47,601 nucleotides of DNA from an uncultured Halobacteria archaeon (GTDB lineage: Archaea > Halobacteriota > Syntropharchaeia > Alkanophagales > Methanospirareceae), in assembly GCA_964400255.1 (NCBI GenBank), contig CAYNTR010000003.1:1-47601 (forward strand). The letters run 5' to 3'. The position numbers and the translations under genes were made by a program. The notes under the pieces are model-generated. The model was not told the origin of the DNA. It worked only from the letters and a program-made list of their open reading frames with translations, and searched no databases. Positions within the stretch are counted from its first letter, which is position 1. Every line of letters starts with the position of its first letter. Below, piece by piece: positions 36,670 to 46,883 of the stretch.

Positions 36670-37275
36670 ATGTCAATGCAGGCGTTAAACGCGCAAAGAG
36701 GTAAGAAAGGCAGGTCGTTCTATACCTATCTGGCGATCTTTGTGGTGCTCATCATACTAAACACGCTTTTGGTCGCTTTTGGTGAAATTCGGTATTCAAA
36801 CGCTCCTGGCGGCGTGGGTTTGTACACCGCAGTTGCATTCATGATTGCCTTTGCGTTGTGGTTTGGTGGCTGGGGTGTGATTGCAGCATACGTTGGCTGT
36901 TTCATTGGTGCAGGGATGCTCATGGGTCTGCCCGTTGATGTTAATCTCTATTGGTCGTTGACAGACCTGTGGCAGGTTTTAATACCTCTGGTCGCTTTTA
37001 AGGCATTTGACGCCGATGTCGGTCTGAAGACAAGGAGAGACTTCTTCATTTTCCTCGGTTTTGGATGGCTGCTCAATAATGTGGTAGGTGCAGGTTGGGG
37101 CGCAAGTATGCTTGTTATAGGTGGATTTGCTTCGTGGACTGATGCTTCTGGCATTTTCACAGGCTGGGTTATTGGCAATCTGATCGTAACGATTCTGATT
37201 ACGCCCTTGCTCCTTCGATATATCACGCCATATCTACAGAGGGCAGGCGTCTGCGTTCACCGGTATTGGGCTTAG
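36670..37275 (+). CDS. Hypothetical polytopic membrane protein (about 5-6 TM; possibly ECF S-component-like)
   Basis: 201 aa, hydrophobic and rich in Gly and Trp. The family is not recognised with confidence. Confidence 0.45.
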   Translation: MSMQALNAQRGKKGRSFYTYLAIFVVLIILNTLLVAFGEIRYSNAPGGVGLYTAVAFMIAFALWFGGWGVIAAYVGCFIGAGMLMGLPVDVNLYWSLTDLWQVLIPLVAFKAFDADVGLKTRRDFFIFLGFGWLLNNVVGAGWGASMLVIGGFASWTDASGIFTGWVIGNLIVTILITPLLLRYITPYLQRAGVCVHRYWA

Positions 37276-37416
37276 TTGGTGAGAGATGCGGAGAAGGCTC
37301 ACGGGGGTAGTGGAGAAACTGGACTAAACGCACGATCTGCTTCGATACTATGAGCAGTCCTCCGATTCTTTGAAACAACCATCGACTTTAAGTCCCCTAG
37401 CCATATACTTTGAAGT

Positions 37417-38214
37417 ATGAACATAATTGGCAAGGCAATCAGGATGGAGCGAATCGTTGATCGGAGGACTCGCAGAACGGTCATCGTGCCCATGGATCAC
37501 GGGATTACCGTAGGTCCGATTCCCGGGCTCATCGATCTACGCGAAGCCGTGGACAAAGTGGCTGAGGGTGGAGCAAACGCAGTTCTTGGGCATATGGGTC
37601 TACCTCTCCATGGCCATCGTGGCTACGGAAAAGACATTGGGCTCATCATCCATTTATCGGCCAGCACGAGCCTCGGGCCTGACCCGAACCACAAGGTTCT
37701 GGTGACCTCGGTTGAGGACGCGATCAGGATCGGGGCAGATGCGGTGAGCATCCACATCAACGTTGGAGCAGACGACGAGGCGGAAATGCTGATTGACCTC
37801 GGATGGGTAGCCCGAACGTGTGATAACTGGGGCATGCCGCTTTTGGCAATGATGTACCCTCGCGGCCCAAAGGTCAAGTCAGAGCATGGTGTAGAGTACG
37901 TCAAGCACGCTGCACGAGTTGGCGCTGAGCTCGGCGTCGATATGATCAAGACCAACTATACCGGTACTCCGGATACCTTCAAGGACGTGGTAAAGGGATG
38001 CCAGGTTCCTGTGGTGATCGCAGGAGGCCCGAAGATGGGTACGGAGCACGAGTTGTTCGAGATGATCTATGATGCGATACAGGTTGGAGCTGCGGGTGTT
38101 TCCATCGGGCGAAACGTCTTCCAGGCTGAGAATCCAACGCTGCTGGTCAAAAAGATCTCGAAGATCGTGCATGAGGACTACACGGTAGAGGAAGCCGAGA
38201 AATTAGAGCGTTGA
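37417..38214 (+). CDS. Second DhnA-type class I aldolase paralogue (FBP aldolase or second ADH synthase)
   Basis: It aligns over its full length with the 6652-7479 product ([81 protein letters not shown]). Identity is roughly two thirds by eye. Confidence 0.75.
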   Translation: MNIIGKAIRMERIVDRRTRRTVIVPMDHGITVGPIPGLIDLREAVDKVAEGGANAVLGHMGLPLHGHRGYGKDIGLIIHLSASTSLGPDPNHKVLVTSVEDAIRIGADAVSIHINVGADDEAEMLIDLGWVARTCDNWGMPLLAMMYPRGPKVKSEHGVEYVKHAARVGAELGVDMIKTNYTGTPDTFKDVVKGCQVPVVIAGGPKMGTEHELFEMIYDAIQVGAAGVSIGRNVFQAENPTLLVKKISKIVHEDYTVEEAEKLER

Positions 38215-38504
38215 AGCCGCACTTCTCCCACGTTATTTTATTTTCATCGTTTTTAAAAGTGGGATCGAGCTGAGTGAGTAGGTTCTATTCGATAAGTTAA
38301 GGGGACCTGTAATTGGCGACAAAGATTCGCAAGAAAGACTGCAGTGGAGCATCAGTTAGCTTTTTAAAAAAACGTCCATGGAGCCATCCACGACTCGTGT
38401 CATTTGCCTTGAATCTTGTAAAGCAATTTGAAGCACTGGCAGGATAGTCTCGAAATGGTTCAAATCCTGTTACGATTGGAGCAACCGCCTAAATAAATTA
38501 GTAA

Positions 38505-39215
38505 TTAAAGTTTCTTACAATCTGAAATCGAAGTTTGCAGAGCTTCATTGTATTCTAAAATATCCTCGACCCGCTTACATATGCCATTACAATATTTTTT
38601 TACTGGATTATTAGGTTCTCCGCTGAAATCATGATCTTTATACTTTTCCTTATTTAACGCTATTTTGGTCTTTATTTCCTGACAAAGTAAATATTGCTCA
38701 TAATAATATTCAGATATTCCATTATACAGCGGATTATCTCCGCATTTACAACCTTCCAAATACTGAAGGCCTCCTTGGTTTCTAAATGCGTTAAACCCGT
38801 CTTCTCTAGGATAAATAAATATTGATTCTGGTTCATACCAGTTGGAAAATTTCTCTTCTTCAAATTTTTCTTTATTTTTTCCCAAAATCTCTTCATTCTC
38901 TTTTAACTCAGCCAGTAAAACATCCAAAAACTGGTTCTTTTTAGCCTTCTCTTTATTTATATCGTCTTCTCTTCTCTTTTCATCTCTAGCACTCTCGGCT
39001 TCTCTATTCCTTTTGCTCTCGTCAACCAAATCTTTAGTGCTTATAGCATATCCTATTGTCACAAAAACTAATGCTAAAACCAATATGGCTTGAATTACAG
39101 CAAGATATTTCACTGCTAAAGAATCGGGGAGAAATAAAGCAACGCATATAAAAATTACCATTATCAAAAACAAAAGTCCAGATTTTCTCCATTTTGCGCT
39201 CATTTCTACATCCAT
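38505..39215 (-). CDS. Orphan membrane protein: 2 N-terminal TM helices, a charged coiled-coil and a Cys/Tyr-rich C-terminal domain
   Basis: 236-aa ORF in AT-rich DNA (21 of 60 G+C in the hand-counted line at 38881). I recognise no family. Confidence 0.5.
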   Translation of the reverse strand: MDVEMSAKWRKSGLLFLIMVIFICVALFLPDSLAVKYLAVIQAILVLALVFVTIGYAISTKDLVDESKRNREAESARDEKRREDDINKEKAKKNQFLDVLLAELKENEEILGKNKEKFEEEKFSNWYEPESIFIYPREDGFNAFRNQGGLQYLEGCKCGDNPLYNGISEYYYEQYLLCQEIKTKIALNKEKYKDHDFSGEPNNPVKKYCNGICKRVEDILEYNEALQTSISDCKKL

Positions 39216-39322
39216 CGTACTTTAAACCTCTTTGATCCTAGCCACGTCCCTGTATAGTCGCCACTTTTAGATTTTAGGCAGCTCCACTTTTTACTGATTC
39301 TCCCGGAACTTTTAAATGTCAA

Positions 39323-39396
39323 AGCCCCGGGAGGGATTTGAACCCTCGACCTATTGATTACAAGTCAATCGCTCAACCGGGCTAAGCTACCGAGGC
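39323..39396 (-). tRNA. tRNA-Thr (anticodon UGU)
   Basis: Folded by hand on the minus strand. The acceptor is GCCTCGG/CCGGGGC, the D-arm GCTT..GAGC, the anticodon stem ATTGA/TCAAT with loop CTTGTAA, and the T-arm GAGGG-TTCAAAT-CCCTC. Confidence 0.9.
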
Positions 39397-39468
39397 GTCT
39401 TTTTTTATACTTCTACTTTTTGCTCTCTTTTAAATAAACCCTTTCTCACGCTGGATTGTTGTATGACT

Positions 39469-40083
39469 TCACAACAGGCTGAGCTGATACATCCCCACAA
39501 TCCCGGTTCCGATGAACTGTATTGCGATTGCCGCGATTATGATTGCTATAACACGGCTCAATACTTCTGAGCCCACCTCACCCATGAGCTCGTAGAGCCT
39601 GTCCGATTGTCCTAATAAGAGTCGTGTCGCGATGATAGCCGAGCATATAGAAAAGAGGACGACGACGACCCCCGAGGATTGTATGAGCACCATGACCGCG
39701 GTTATAGCACCGGGACCGGCGAGCATCGGCGTCCCTATCGGAACTGCTCCTACCCCTGCTCCTGATTCCCCGAGTATTCCGCATCGGTGCTCACCCCGTA
39801 AAAGATCAAAGGCAACAAGCAACAGGAGGATTCCACCTGCTATCTTGAAGCTGTCGATACTGATGCCCAAGACGTCCAATATAAGCTTACCGAGAAATGC
39901 GAAGAGGAGCAGGAGAATTACAGCAACAATCACCGCGTGATTCAGTTCCCTTTGCTTCTCTTCCTTCTTCATACCCCTTGTCACCGCGATGAACACCGGA
40001 ATATTGCCCGGCGGGTCCATAACAACAAAAAGAATGATAAAGGCTTTCACCAACAACAGCCCAAAATTCAAATCGAAAGCCAT
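39469..40083 (-). CDS. MarC-family (UPF0056) integral membrane protein
   Basis: From ATG 40083: MAFDLNFGLLLVKAFIILFVVMDPPGNIPVFIAVT is the MarC N-terminal signature. The 40-aa upstream extension in the track ORF is unlikely to be coding. Confidence 0.8.
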   Translation of the reverse strand: MAFDLNFGLLLVKAFIILFVVMDPPGNIPVFIAVTRGMKKEEKQRELNHAVIVAVILLLLFAFLGKLILDVLGISIDSFKIAGGILLLLVAFDLLRGEHRCGILGESGAGVGAVPIGTPMLAGPGAITAVMVLIQSSGVVVVLFSICSAIIATRLLLGQSDRLYELMGEVGSEVLSRVIAIIIAAIAIQFIGTGIVGMYQLSLL

Positions 40084-40129
40084 AATATCTTTATGATACA
40101 TGAAAATGTAAAAAGGTATGTGACCGGTA

Positions 40130-41089
40130 ATGCAGCGAGAGGAGATTTGGACTGAGAAATACCGACCGAGAAAGCTGAACGAGGTGGTCGGGCAAAACGC
40201 CATAATAAATAATCTTCAGTCGTATGTCAAAAAAAGGAACTTACCGCACCTCATCTTCTCCGGACCTGCGGGTGTTGGTAAAACCGCTGCTGCCGTCGCT
40301 ATGGCTCGCGACCTCTACGATGATACCTGGTCAGAGAACTTCACTGAGCTCAACGCAAGCGATGAGCGAGGTATCGATGTGGTCCGGAATAAAATCAAGA
40401 ACTTCGCACGAACCATGCCAATCGGCAAGGCCTCCTTCAAGATCATCTTCCTCGACGAGGCCGATGCGTTGACTGATGCCGCACAGTCCGCACTGCGACG
40501 AACGATGGAGCGGTATTCCGGCACGTGCAGGTTCATTCTCAGTTGTAATTACTCTTCAAAGATAATCGAGCCGATTCAATCTCGATGCTCCGTGTATCGG
40601 TTCAAATCGCTTTCGTACGATGCAATCGCCTCGCGTATACAGTATATCGCGGAAAAGGAGGGTTTAAAAGTCTCGGAAGAGGTCATTCGTGCAATAAACT
40701 ACGTCGCGATGGGCGATATGCGACGGGCCGTCAACGCATTGCAAAGTGCTGCGGTGCTCAGCAGTGCCATAAAGCCGGAGATGATCTACGAGATAACTGC
40801 CACTGCACGGCCTGAGGAGATAAAAGCGTTGATAACCAAGGCATTGAACGGTCAATTCTTTGATGCACTTGATGCCTTGGAAGAGCTGTTGGATAAGGGT
40901 ATTTCAGGAGACGAAATACTTGCACAGATGCATCGGCTCGTGATAACGATGGATATTCCAGCTCGTAAGAAGGTGGAATTGATGGATCGAATTGGAGAAG
41001 CGGACTACAGAATTACGGAGGGCGCACATGAGAAGATTCAGTTGGATGCACTGCTCGCGTCGTTTTGTTTGGCTGCTGACAAAGAATGA
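40130..41089 (+). CDS. rfcS: Replication factor C small subunit
   Basis: It has WTEKYRPRKLNEVVGQ, the Walker A GPAGVGKT, DEADALT and the SRC motif (IQSRCSVYRF). It contains no intein. Confidence 0.9.
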   Translation: MQREEIWTEKYRPRKLNEVVGQNAIINNLQSYVKKRNLPHLIFSGPAGVGKTAAAVAMARDLYDDTWSENFTELNASDERGIDVVRNKIKNFARTMPIGKASFKIIFLDEADALTDAAQSALRRTMERYSGTCRFILSCNYSSKIIEPIQSRCSVYRFKSLSYDAIASRIQYIAEKEGLKVSEEVIRAINYVAMGDMRRAVNALQSAAVLSSAIKPEMIYEITATARPEEIKALITKALNGQFFDALDALEELLDKGISGDEILAQMHRLVITMDIPARKKVELMDRIGEADYRITEGAHEKIQLDALLASFCLAADKE

Positions 41090-41121
41090 CCGTGCTTTTG
41101 AGGGGATTGAACAAACCACTT

Positions 41122-41961
41122 TTAAAAATCGCGCGTCAATGCATCCGTAACGGCTTTTTCCATCACCGCGATCGGCGGCTCCTCCTTTGTCCAGATTTTG
41201 AACGATTCAGCACCTTGATAGACCAGCATTTTTACACCGTTTACTATATCCTTTACGCCTGCACGCTTCGCCTCTTTCAGCAACTGCGTCTCCATCGGGT
41301 TGTACACGATATCGAAGACGACAAGGTCATGATGCATCATAGCTGCGGTCACCAACGTCGCATCCGCATGTGGATACATGCCTACCGAAGTTGCGTTGAT
41401 CAGTATAGCTGAATCGTTGATATGCTTTGAAAGCGTGTCGTCGAACCCAATAGCCGCAGCATTACGAAGCTGAGAAGCCAAGTGGGCAGCTCGTTCCTTC
41501 GTCCTGTTTGCTATCGTCACGTGTGCACCTTCGGCGTCAAGATAAAAAGCAATCGCCTTTGCCGCACCGCCCGCGCCAAGAATAAGCACATGTTTTCCCT
41601 TTACTTCACCTACCGTCTCTTTCAAGACCCTTAATGCACCAATTCCATCGGTATTATAGCCAACCGGCATGCCGCTGCTAAAATCAATGGTATTTATCGC
41701 TCCGATTTTCTGCGTCACCTCGTCTGCATCCACGAAAGAGAGCGCTTTCTCTTTTAACGGTATGGTCACATTAAGACCGGCGATGCCAAGGCTTTGTGCG
41801 CCCATTATCGCAGCTTCAAGGTCGTCCTTTGTCACTCTGAACGCGAGATAAATAGCATCCATGCCGAGTTTCTCAAAGGCGGCGTTATGCATAACCGGAG
41901 AGAGGCTATGCGCTACCGGATCGCCGAGAACGCCGTAGATTTTTTTTATCATCACATACAA
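41122..41961 (-). CDS. aroE: Shikimate dehydrogenase
   Basis: It has YGVLGDPVAHSLSPVMHNAAF and the Rossmann motif LILGAGGAAKA. An alternative start is at 41952. Confidence 0.85.
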   Translation of the reverse strand: MYVMIKKIYGVLGDPVAHSLSPVMHNAAFEKLGMDAIYLAFRVTKDDLEAAIMGAQSLGIAGLNVTIPLKEKALSFVDADEVTQKIGAINTIDFSSGMPVGYNTDGIGALRVLKETVGEVKGKHVLILGAGGAAKAIAFYLDAEGAHVTIANRTKERAAHLASQLRNAAAIGFDDTLSKHINDSAILINATSVGMYPHADATLVTAAMMHHDLVVFDIVYNPMETQLLKEAKRAGVKDIVNGVKMLVYQGAESFKIWTKEEPPIAVMEKAVTDALTRDF

Positions 41962-42044
41962 TTAGCAGATCTTTAGCGTAAAAAAACAAAAAACTTAAGT
42001 ATGGTGTGTTGTATTAAGTGTGTAACTAATAAGAAGGAGTAAAA

Positions 42045-42428
42045 ATGGAGGGAATAAGCGTTAACCTGATAAGTGGGAGGACGGCAGTGCAGGGCCAAAA
42101 TTTGGACAGCAAACTTACCGATGAATACTTTAATGAAGCAGCAGTCTGCAGGCTGAACGAAAAGGACATGGAAAAACTCGGTGCGGCTCCCGAAGAGCAT
42201 GTGAAAGTTACAACGAAGTATGGAGCAGTGGTGGTGAAAGCGAAGAAAGATGACGGGAATCCTGAAGGGCTTGCCTTTATTCCTATGGGCCCCTGGGCTA
42301 ATGCGGTCGTAAGCGGCAATACACACGGTGCTGGTATGCCCTCATTCAAAGGTATTGCGGCAACGGTAGCGAAGACCGATGAACCCGTTTTGCGGGTAAA
42401 AGAGCTGATGCATACGTATATGGGCTAA
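42045..42428 (+). CDS. fwdD: Formylmethanofuran dehydrogenase subunit D
   Basis: 127-aa molybdopterin-dinucleotide-binding barrel (NLISGRT..QG...; FIPMGPWAN). It is the first gene of the fwdDBAC cluster. Confidence 0.85.
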   Translation: MEGISVNLISGRTAVQGQNLDSKLTDEYFNEAAVCRLNEKDMEKLGAAPEEHVKVTTKYGAVVVKAKKDDGNPEGLAFIPMGPWANAVVSGNTHGAGMPSFKGIAATVAKTDEPVLRVKELMHTYMG

Positions 42429-42446
42429 AAGGAGGGAAATGAAGAA

Positions 42447-43751
42447 ATGGAGATAACAGATGTTGTATGCTCATTGTGTGGATGTGTATGCGACGATATC
42501 GTGCTAGAAGTTGAAGATAACAAAGTGACGAAAGTGAAGAGGGGCGCATGCTCGGTTGGCAAGGCCAAGTTGCTGGGGCACGAGCGAATTGAGAGTCCCA
42601 TGATACGCGAGAACGGCGAGCTCAAGGAGGTTTCGTACGATGAGGCGATCAAGAAAGCGGCGGAGATCCTGTACAAATCGAGGAGACCACTTCTGTACGG
42701 GTGGAGTTCGACGGTCTGTGAAGCGGATCGAGTAGGGGTGGAGCTTGCCGAGGAACTCGGAGGCGTTGTTGATAATACCGCTTCGGTCTGTCACGGCCCT
42801 TCGGTGCTGGCGATCCAGGATGTGGGACTGCCATCGTGCACACTCGGACAGATAAAGAACCGTGCAGATCTCATCATCTACTGGGGTGCGAACCCCGCGG
42901 CTGCACATGCGAACCACATGAAGCGGTACTCATACGTTTCAAAGGGATTCTGGACTGCGGAAGGTAAGAAAAACAAGAAACTGGTCGTCGTGGATGTACG
43001 GCAGACGATGACGTCAAAGATGGCGGACGTATTTTTACAGGTAGAGCAGGGGAAGGATTACCAGGTCTTTTCGGCACTACGAGCCATGCTGCGCGGGCAT
43101 GAGGATGTCGTGCCAGACAAAGTAGCCGGTATATCGAAGGAGCAACTGTTAGAAGTGGCGAATATGGTGAAGCAAGCCAAGTTTGGAATAACGTTCTTTG
43201 GCATGGGTGTGACGCACACGGGAGCACGACACAACAACATTGTCAACGCGATACAATTCACGCGAGCAGGACACCTGTATGGCAAATGGACTATAATGCC
43301 AATGCGAGGGCATTACAACGTTACGGGATTCAATCAGGTATGCTGCTGGCAGACAGGGTTCCCGTTCTCAGTTGACCTGAGCCGCGGCTATGCGTGGTAC
43401 AATCCAGGAGAAACATCGTCTACCGACCTGCTAGCGCGGGGCGATTGTGATGCGGCAATGATCATTGCTTCTGATCCTGGCGCGCATTTCCCAGGGGAAT
43501 CGCTCAGACACCTGGCTAAGATCCCGGTCATTCAGATAGATCCGTTTGCGAATCCAACGACAGAGTTTGCCGATGTTATTATTCCCGCGGCGATAAGCGG
43601 GATCGAATCCCCGGGCGGAGTCTATCGTATGGATAACATACCGATTCGACTGCGGAAGATAATCGACACGGACTATTTCATACCGGATGAGGAGATCGTG
43701 GAGCGAATAATGACAGAAGTGCGTGCATTACGAGCAAAGGAGGGCGAGTAA
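42447..43751 (+). CDS. fwdB: Formylmethanofuran dehydrogenase subunit B (molybdo/tungstopterin subunit, Cys-type)
   Basis: 434 aa with an N-terminal Cys cluster (CSLCGCVCDD) and a formate-dehydrogenase-like fold. The ORF is uninterrupted, so there is no selenocysteine codon. Confidence 0.9.
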   Translation: MEITDVVCSLCGCVCDDIVLEVEDNKVTKVKRGACSVGKAKLLGHERIESPMIRENGELKEVSYDEAIKKAAEILYKSRRPLLYGWSSTVCEADRVGVELAEELGGVVDNTASVCHGPSVLAIQDVGLPSCTLGQIKNRADLIIYWGANPAAAHANHMKRYSYVSKGFWTAEGKKNKKLVVVDVRQTMTSKMADVFLQVEQGKDYQVFSALRAMLRGHEDVVPDKVAGISKEQLLEVANMVKQAKFGITFFGMGVTHTGARHNNIVNAIQFTRAGHLYGKWTIMPMRGHYNVTGFNQVCCWQTGFPFSVDLSRGYAWYNPGETSSTDLLARGDCDAAMIIASDPGAHFPGESLRHLAKIPVIQIDPFANPTTEFADVIIPAAISGIESPGGVYRMDNIPIRLRKIIDTDYFIPDEEIVERIMTEVRALRAKEGE

Positions 43752-43752
43752 A

Positions 43753-45444
43753 ATGGCTGCCGAATTATTGATACGGAATGGCGTGGTTTACGATCCGATA
43801 AATGGTGTCAATGGCGAGAAGAAGGATATTTGCATTCGAGACGGGAAGATCGTGGAATCAGTGTCAAATCCAAAGGTAATCGATGCAGAGGGCCGCGTGA
43901 TAATGCCTGGTGGCGTGGATATTCATTCACACGTTGCCGGCGGTAAAGTAAACGCAGGGCGGCTGATGCGACCTGAAGACGGTCGAAAAGGGGTAGAACC
44001 GAGGACGAAGGTTTGCCGAGTGCAATCAGGATATTCAGTTCCTAATACCTTTGCGACGGGTTACCGGTTTGCGAAGATGGGGTATACCTTTGTAATGGAG
44101 GCAGCAATGCCACCGCTTGCGGCACGACACACGCATGAGGAGATCATCGATATCCCGATTCTGGACAATGCCGCAATGCCGCTCATCGATAATAACTGGA
44201 TGACGATGGAGTACATCAAGAGCGGCGATACAGACTTGCTTGCTGCGTATATTGCGTGGATGATCAAAGCAACCAAGGGCTATGGCGTTAAAATCGTGAA
44301 TCCTGGCGGAACAGAGGCATGGGGCTGGGGAAAGAACTGTGACCTTCATGACGCCGTTCCAACCTTCGATGTTACCCCCGCAGAGATGGTAAAGGGCTTA
44401 GCTGAGGCAACGGAGAAGTATGAGATGCCACACAGCATTCACGTGCACGCGAATATGCTCGGCCATCCGGGTAACTTTGGAACGACAACGGCCACCTATG
44501 ATCTTGTGAAGGGTATAAAACCGTATAGAGATCGCCCAACGATGCATGCAACACACACACAGTTCCATTCGTATGGTGGTACGAGCTGGAAGGATTTCGA
44601 ATCGCAGGCGAAAGCTATTGCGGATTATGTGAACAGTAATAATCACGTGAGCATCGATATCGGCTCGGTGATACTGGGTGATACCACGACCATGACCGCG
44701 GACGGCCCGATGGAATACAGTTTGTATCAAATAACCGGCCGTAAATGGACGAACTGTGATGTAGAACTCGAAACCGGGGCGGGGATTACGCCGTTCTTGT
44801 ATTCGGGTAAAGTCTCCGTGCATACCATCCAGTGGGCGATCGGTCAGGAACTCGCATTGCTGATCAAAGACCCGTGGAAGCTTGCACTCACAACCGACCA
44901 TCCGAATGCCGGGCCGTTCATCGGGTATCCGATAATCATCTCGATGCTCATGAGCAAGAAGAGACGGGATGAGCTAGCGGAGGATGTGCACAAGGCGATC
45001 TTCGACCGAGCAGAATTGCCTTCAATAGATCGAGAGTACGATTTAAATGAGATCGCGATCATTACGAGAGGAATGGCTGCGAAGACCTTAGGGCTGCATG
45101 AGCACGGCAAAGGACATCTTGGCGTCGGTGCGGACGCTGACATTGCAATTTACGATATGACACCGGAGGAGCGCGATGCGGGCAAGATCCAGAAAGCGTT
45201 CTTGAATACGAAGTACACGATAAAAGGCGGTGAGATCGTGGTGAAGGACGGCGAAGTCGTCGCGGCACCACCAGGGAAAACGATATTCGTCACACCGGAA
45301 TGCGACCAGAAGCTGATGGACGAGATGCTCGTGACGCTGAAGGACAAGTTCGACAAGTACTACTCGGTGACCTTCAACAACTATCCGGTTCAGATGGAAT
45401 ATTTGCCGAATCCGTATGAGATAAAGGCGCCAATGCGCGGGTGA
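43753..45444 (+). CDS. fwdA: Formylmethanofuran dehydrogenase subunit A (amidohydrolase)
   Basis: It has MAAELLIRNGVVYDP...GGVDIHSHVAG as the amidohydrolase metal motif. I chose the ATG at 43753, 2 nt after the fwdB stop. Confidence 0.9.
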   Translation: MAAELLIRNGVVYDPINGVNGEKKDICIRDGKIVESVSNPKVIDAEGRVIMPGGVDIHSHVAGGKVNAGRLMRPEDGRKGVEPRTKVCRVQSGYSVPNTFATGYRFAKMGYTFVMEAAMPPLAARHTHEEIIDIPILDNAAMPLIDNNWMTMEYIKSGDTDLLAAYIAWMIKATKGYGVKIVNPGGTEAWGWGKNCDLHDAVPTFDVTPAEMVKGLAEATEKYEMPHSIHVHANMLGHPGNFGTTTATYDLVKGIKPYRDRPTMHATHTQFHSYGGTSWKDFESQAKAIADYVNSNNHVSIDIGSVILGDTTTMTADGPMEYSLYQITGRKWTNCDVELETGAGITPFLYSGKVSVHTIQWAIGQELALLIKDPWKLALTTDHPNAGPFIGYPIIISMLMSKKRRDELAEDVHKAIFDRAELPSIDREYDLNEIAIITRGMAAKTLGLHEHGKGHLGVGADADIAIYDMTPEERDAGKIQKAFLNTKYTIKGGEIVVKDGEVVAAPPGKTIFVTPECDQKLMDEMLVTLKDKFDKYYSVTFNNYPVQMEYLPNPYEIKAPMRG

Positions 45445-45461
45445 AAAAGGAGGAGAGAAAA

Positions 45462-46244
45462 ATGCAAACCATAACGTTAAAGTTGAAGGGCTCGGTAATG
45501 AGTGGTCCTGCGAAAATACCGGTTGAGGTTGACTCGTTAACCCCTGATCAGCTTTTTGGTAAGAGTGAGGCTGAGATCAAAGCGGTGAAAGTCTGGTGGG
45601 GCAACCAGCAGGAGAATACCGGTGATCTGTTCGATGTGCGCGTAGAAGGCACTGCAGGGAGTGCAGACGACGTGAAGATCGTGTTTGAAGGCGATCTAAC
45701 CCGTGTGAAGCGCATCGGAGCGGGCATGAAAGCAGGCGAGATCGAGGCTCGTGGTGACGTGGACATGCATTGTGGCGCGATGATGGAAGGCGGACGGCTG
45801 GTCGTCAAAGGCAATGCGAATTGCTGGGCAGGCCGAGAGATGCGTGGTGGCGAACTGATTATTGAAGGCAATGCGGAGGACAACCTCTGTGCGATGTATC
45901 GCGGCGAGATGATGGGAATGACCGGCGGTAAAGTGACCGTTTACGGCGATGCCGGCGAACTCGTCGGGCAGTACATGGCAGGTGGCGAGATCCTGATCAA
46001 GGGGAACGCAGACAGGCTCGCAGGCTTGAGCATGAGCGGCGGCAAGATAACAATCGAAGGCAATGCCGAAATCCCGGGCGCGGACATGACCGGTGGCGAG
46101 ATCGTGGTGAAGGGCACGACGGAGATGATGCCTTCGTTCAAGTTCCTAGAAACCGCAACCGTTGACGGCGCAGAACTCAAGAAATACCTCGGCGATTTCG
46201 CAATGGGCGAGAAGAAAGCAAAAGGAACACTGTTCGTGAGGTGA
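45462..46244 (+). CDS. fwdC: Formylmethanofuran dehydrogenase subunit C
   Basis: It has repeated G-x-x-GG beta-helix units (MRGGELIIEGNA, MTGGKVTVYGDA, MAGGEILIKGNA, MSGGKITIEGNA, MTGGEIVVKG). AAGGAGG lies upstream of ATG 45462. Confidence 0.9.
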   Translation: MQTITLKLKGSVMSGPAKIPVEVDSLTPDQLFGKSEAEIKAVKVWWGNQQENTGDLFDVRVEGTAGSADDVKIVFEGDLTRVKRIGAGMKAGEIEARGDVDMHCGAMMEGGRLVVKGNANCWAGREMRGGELIIEGNAEDNLCAMYRGEMMGMTGGKVTVYGDAGELVGQYMAGGEILIKGNADRLAGLSMSGGKITIEGNAEIPGADMTGGEIVVKGTTEMMPSFKFLETATVDGAELKKYLGDFAMGEKKAKGTLFVR

Positions 46245-46285
46245 TTTTTTCACCTCGCTTTTTCTTTATTTTTGATTTTTGACGT
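46238..46285 (+). terminator. Hairpin overlapping the fwdC stop, followed by T-runs
   Basis: GAGGTGA-TTTTT-TCACCTC is followed by gctttttctttatttttgattttt, read directly. Confidence 0.5.
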
Positions 46286-46409
46286 GAACCAGTAGCTGGT
46301 TTAAATCCCTGATTCGTTTTTCTCATACCACAACCGTTTAGAATATTTTATATACAAACTCCACAAACAAAGAATAGAGCCATAGCGAGATGGAGTCGGT
46401 CAGAGGGAG

Positions 46410-46700
46410 ATGATTAAGAGAACCGGTACGAATCATGAGGGGTGTTCTTTGCCGAAGTGCGAGATTTGCCACTCGGTGCTCATACCATTAGGACCAGATG
46501 TAATTCCAAGGAATCTTAGTCCTGTCACAAAAGGTATACTGCTGTCACTCATCTTCTTTGCTAACGGTGTTTATTGGTGGGTTAAGTCAACGGGATTTCA
46601 TGCACAGCCCTGGAACTTTCAGGTGGCTTTTGTGTCATTTATTCTTGCAGCTAGTGCATTTATCGCAACGGGGATATACGCATTGCGAACGGGAACGTGA
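46410..46700 (+). CDS. Small hypothetical protein with an N-terminal CxxC-like pair and two TM helices
   Basis: 96-aa ORF with CSLPKCEIC followed by two hydrophobic segments. I recognise no family. Confidence 0.35.
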   Translation: MIKRTGTNHEGCSLPKCEICHSVLIPLGPDVIPRNLSPVTKGILLSLIFFANGVYWWVKSTGFHAQPWNFQVAFVSFILAASAFIATGIYALRTGT

Positions 46701-46883
46701 AGTGGTTAGATATCAGGATTTAAAGAGAGGAAGTAAAATTTGCAGTATTCTCAATTAAACCTACGCATGAGATATTGACTTAAAAAGAGCTGAAATCACT
46801 ACTATAAGAAGGCGAATCGGCTAAAAAAGCTGTAAGAAAGAAGTTACCAAGATATTTCGAAAGGTTTTTATCAAGAGAATGCA

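Noticed and set aside
38457-38467. GGTTCAAATCC, a tRNA T-loop-like 11-mer in the non-coding DNA near the orphan island, which might be an att remnant of tRNA-Thr
   Set aside because: The flanking bases do not form a T-stem or acceptor stem. The match is on the opposite strand from tRNA-Thr, and the motif is generic to many tRNAs. It is not evidence for an integration repeat.
42447-43751. Possible selenocysteine (in-frame TGA) in FwdB, as occurs in some methanogens
   Set aside because: The ORF is uninterrupted and the corresponding region reads SVCHGP with Cys. No in-frame stop or downstream SECIS-like need is apparent.
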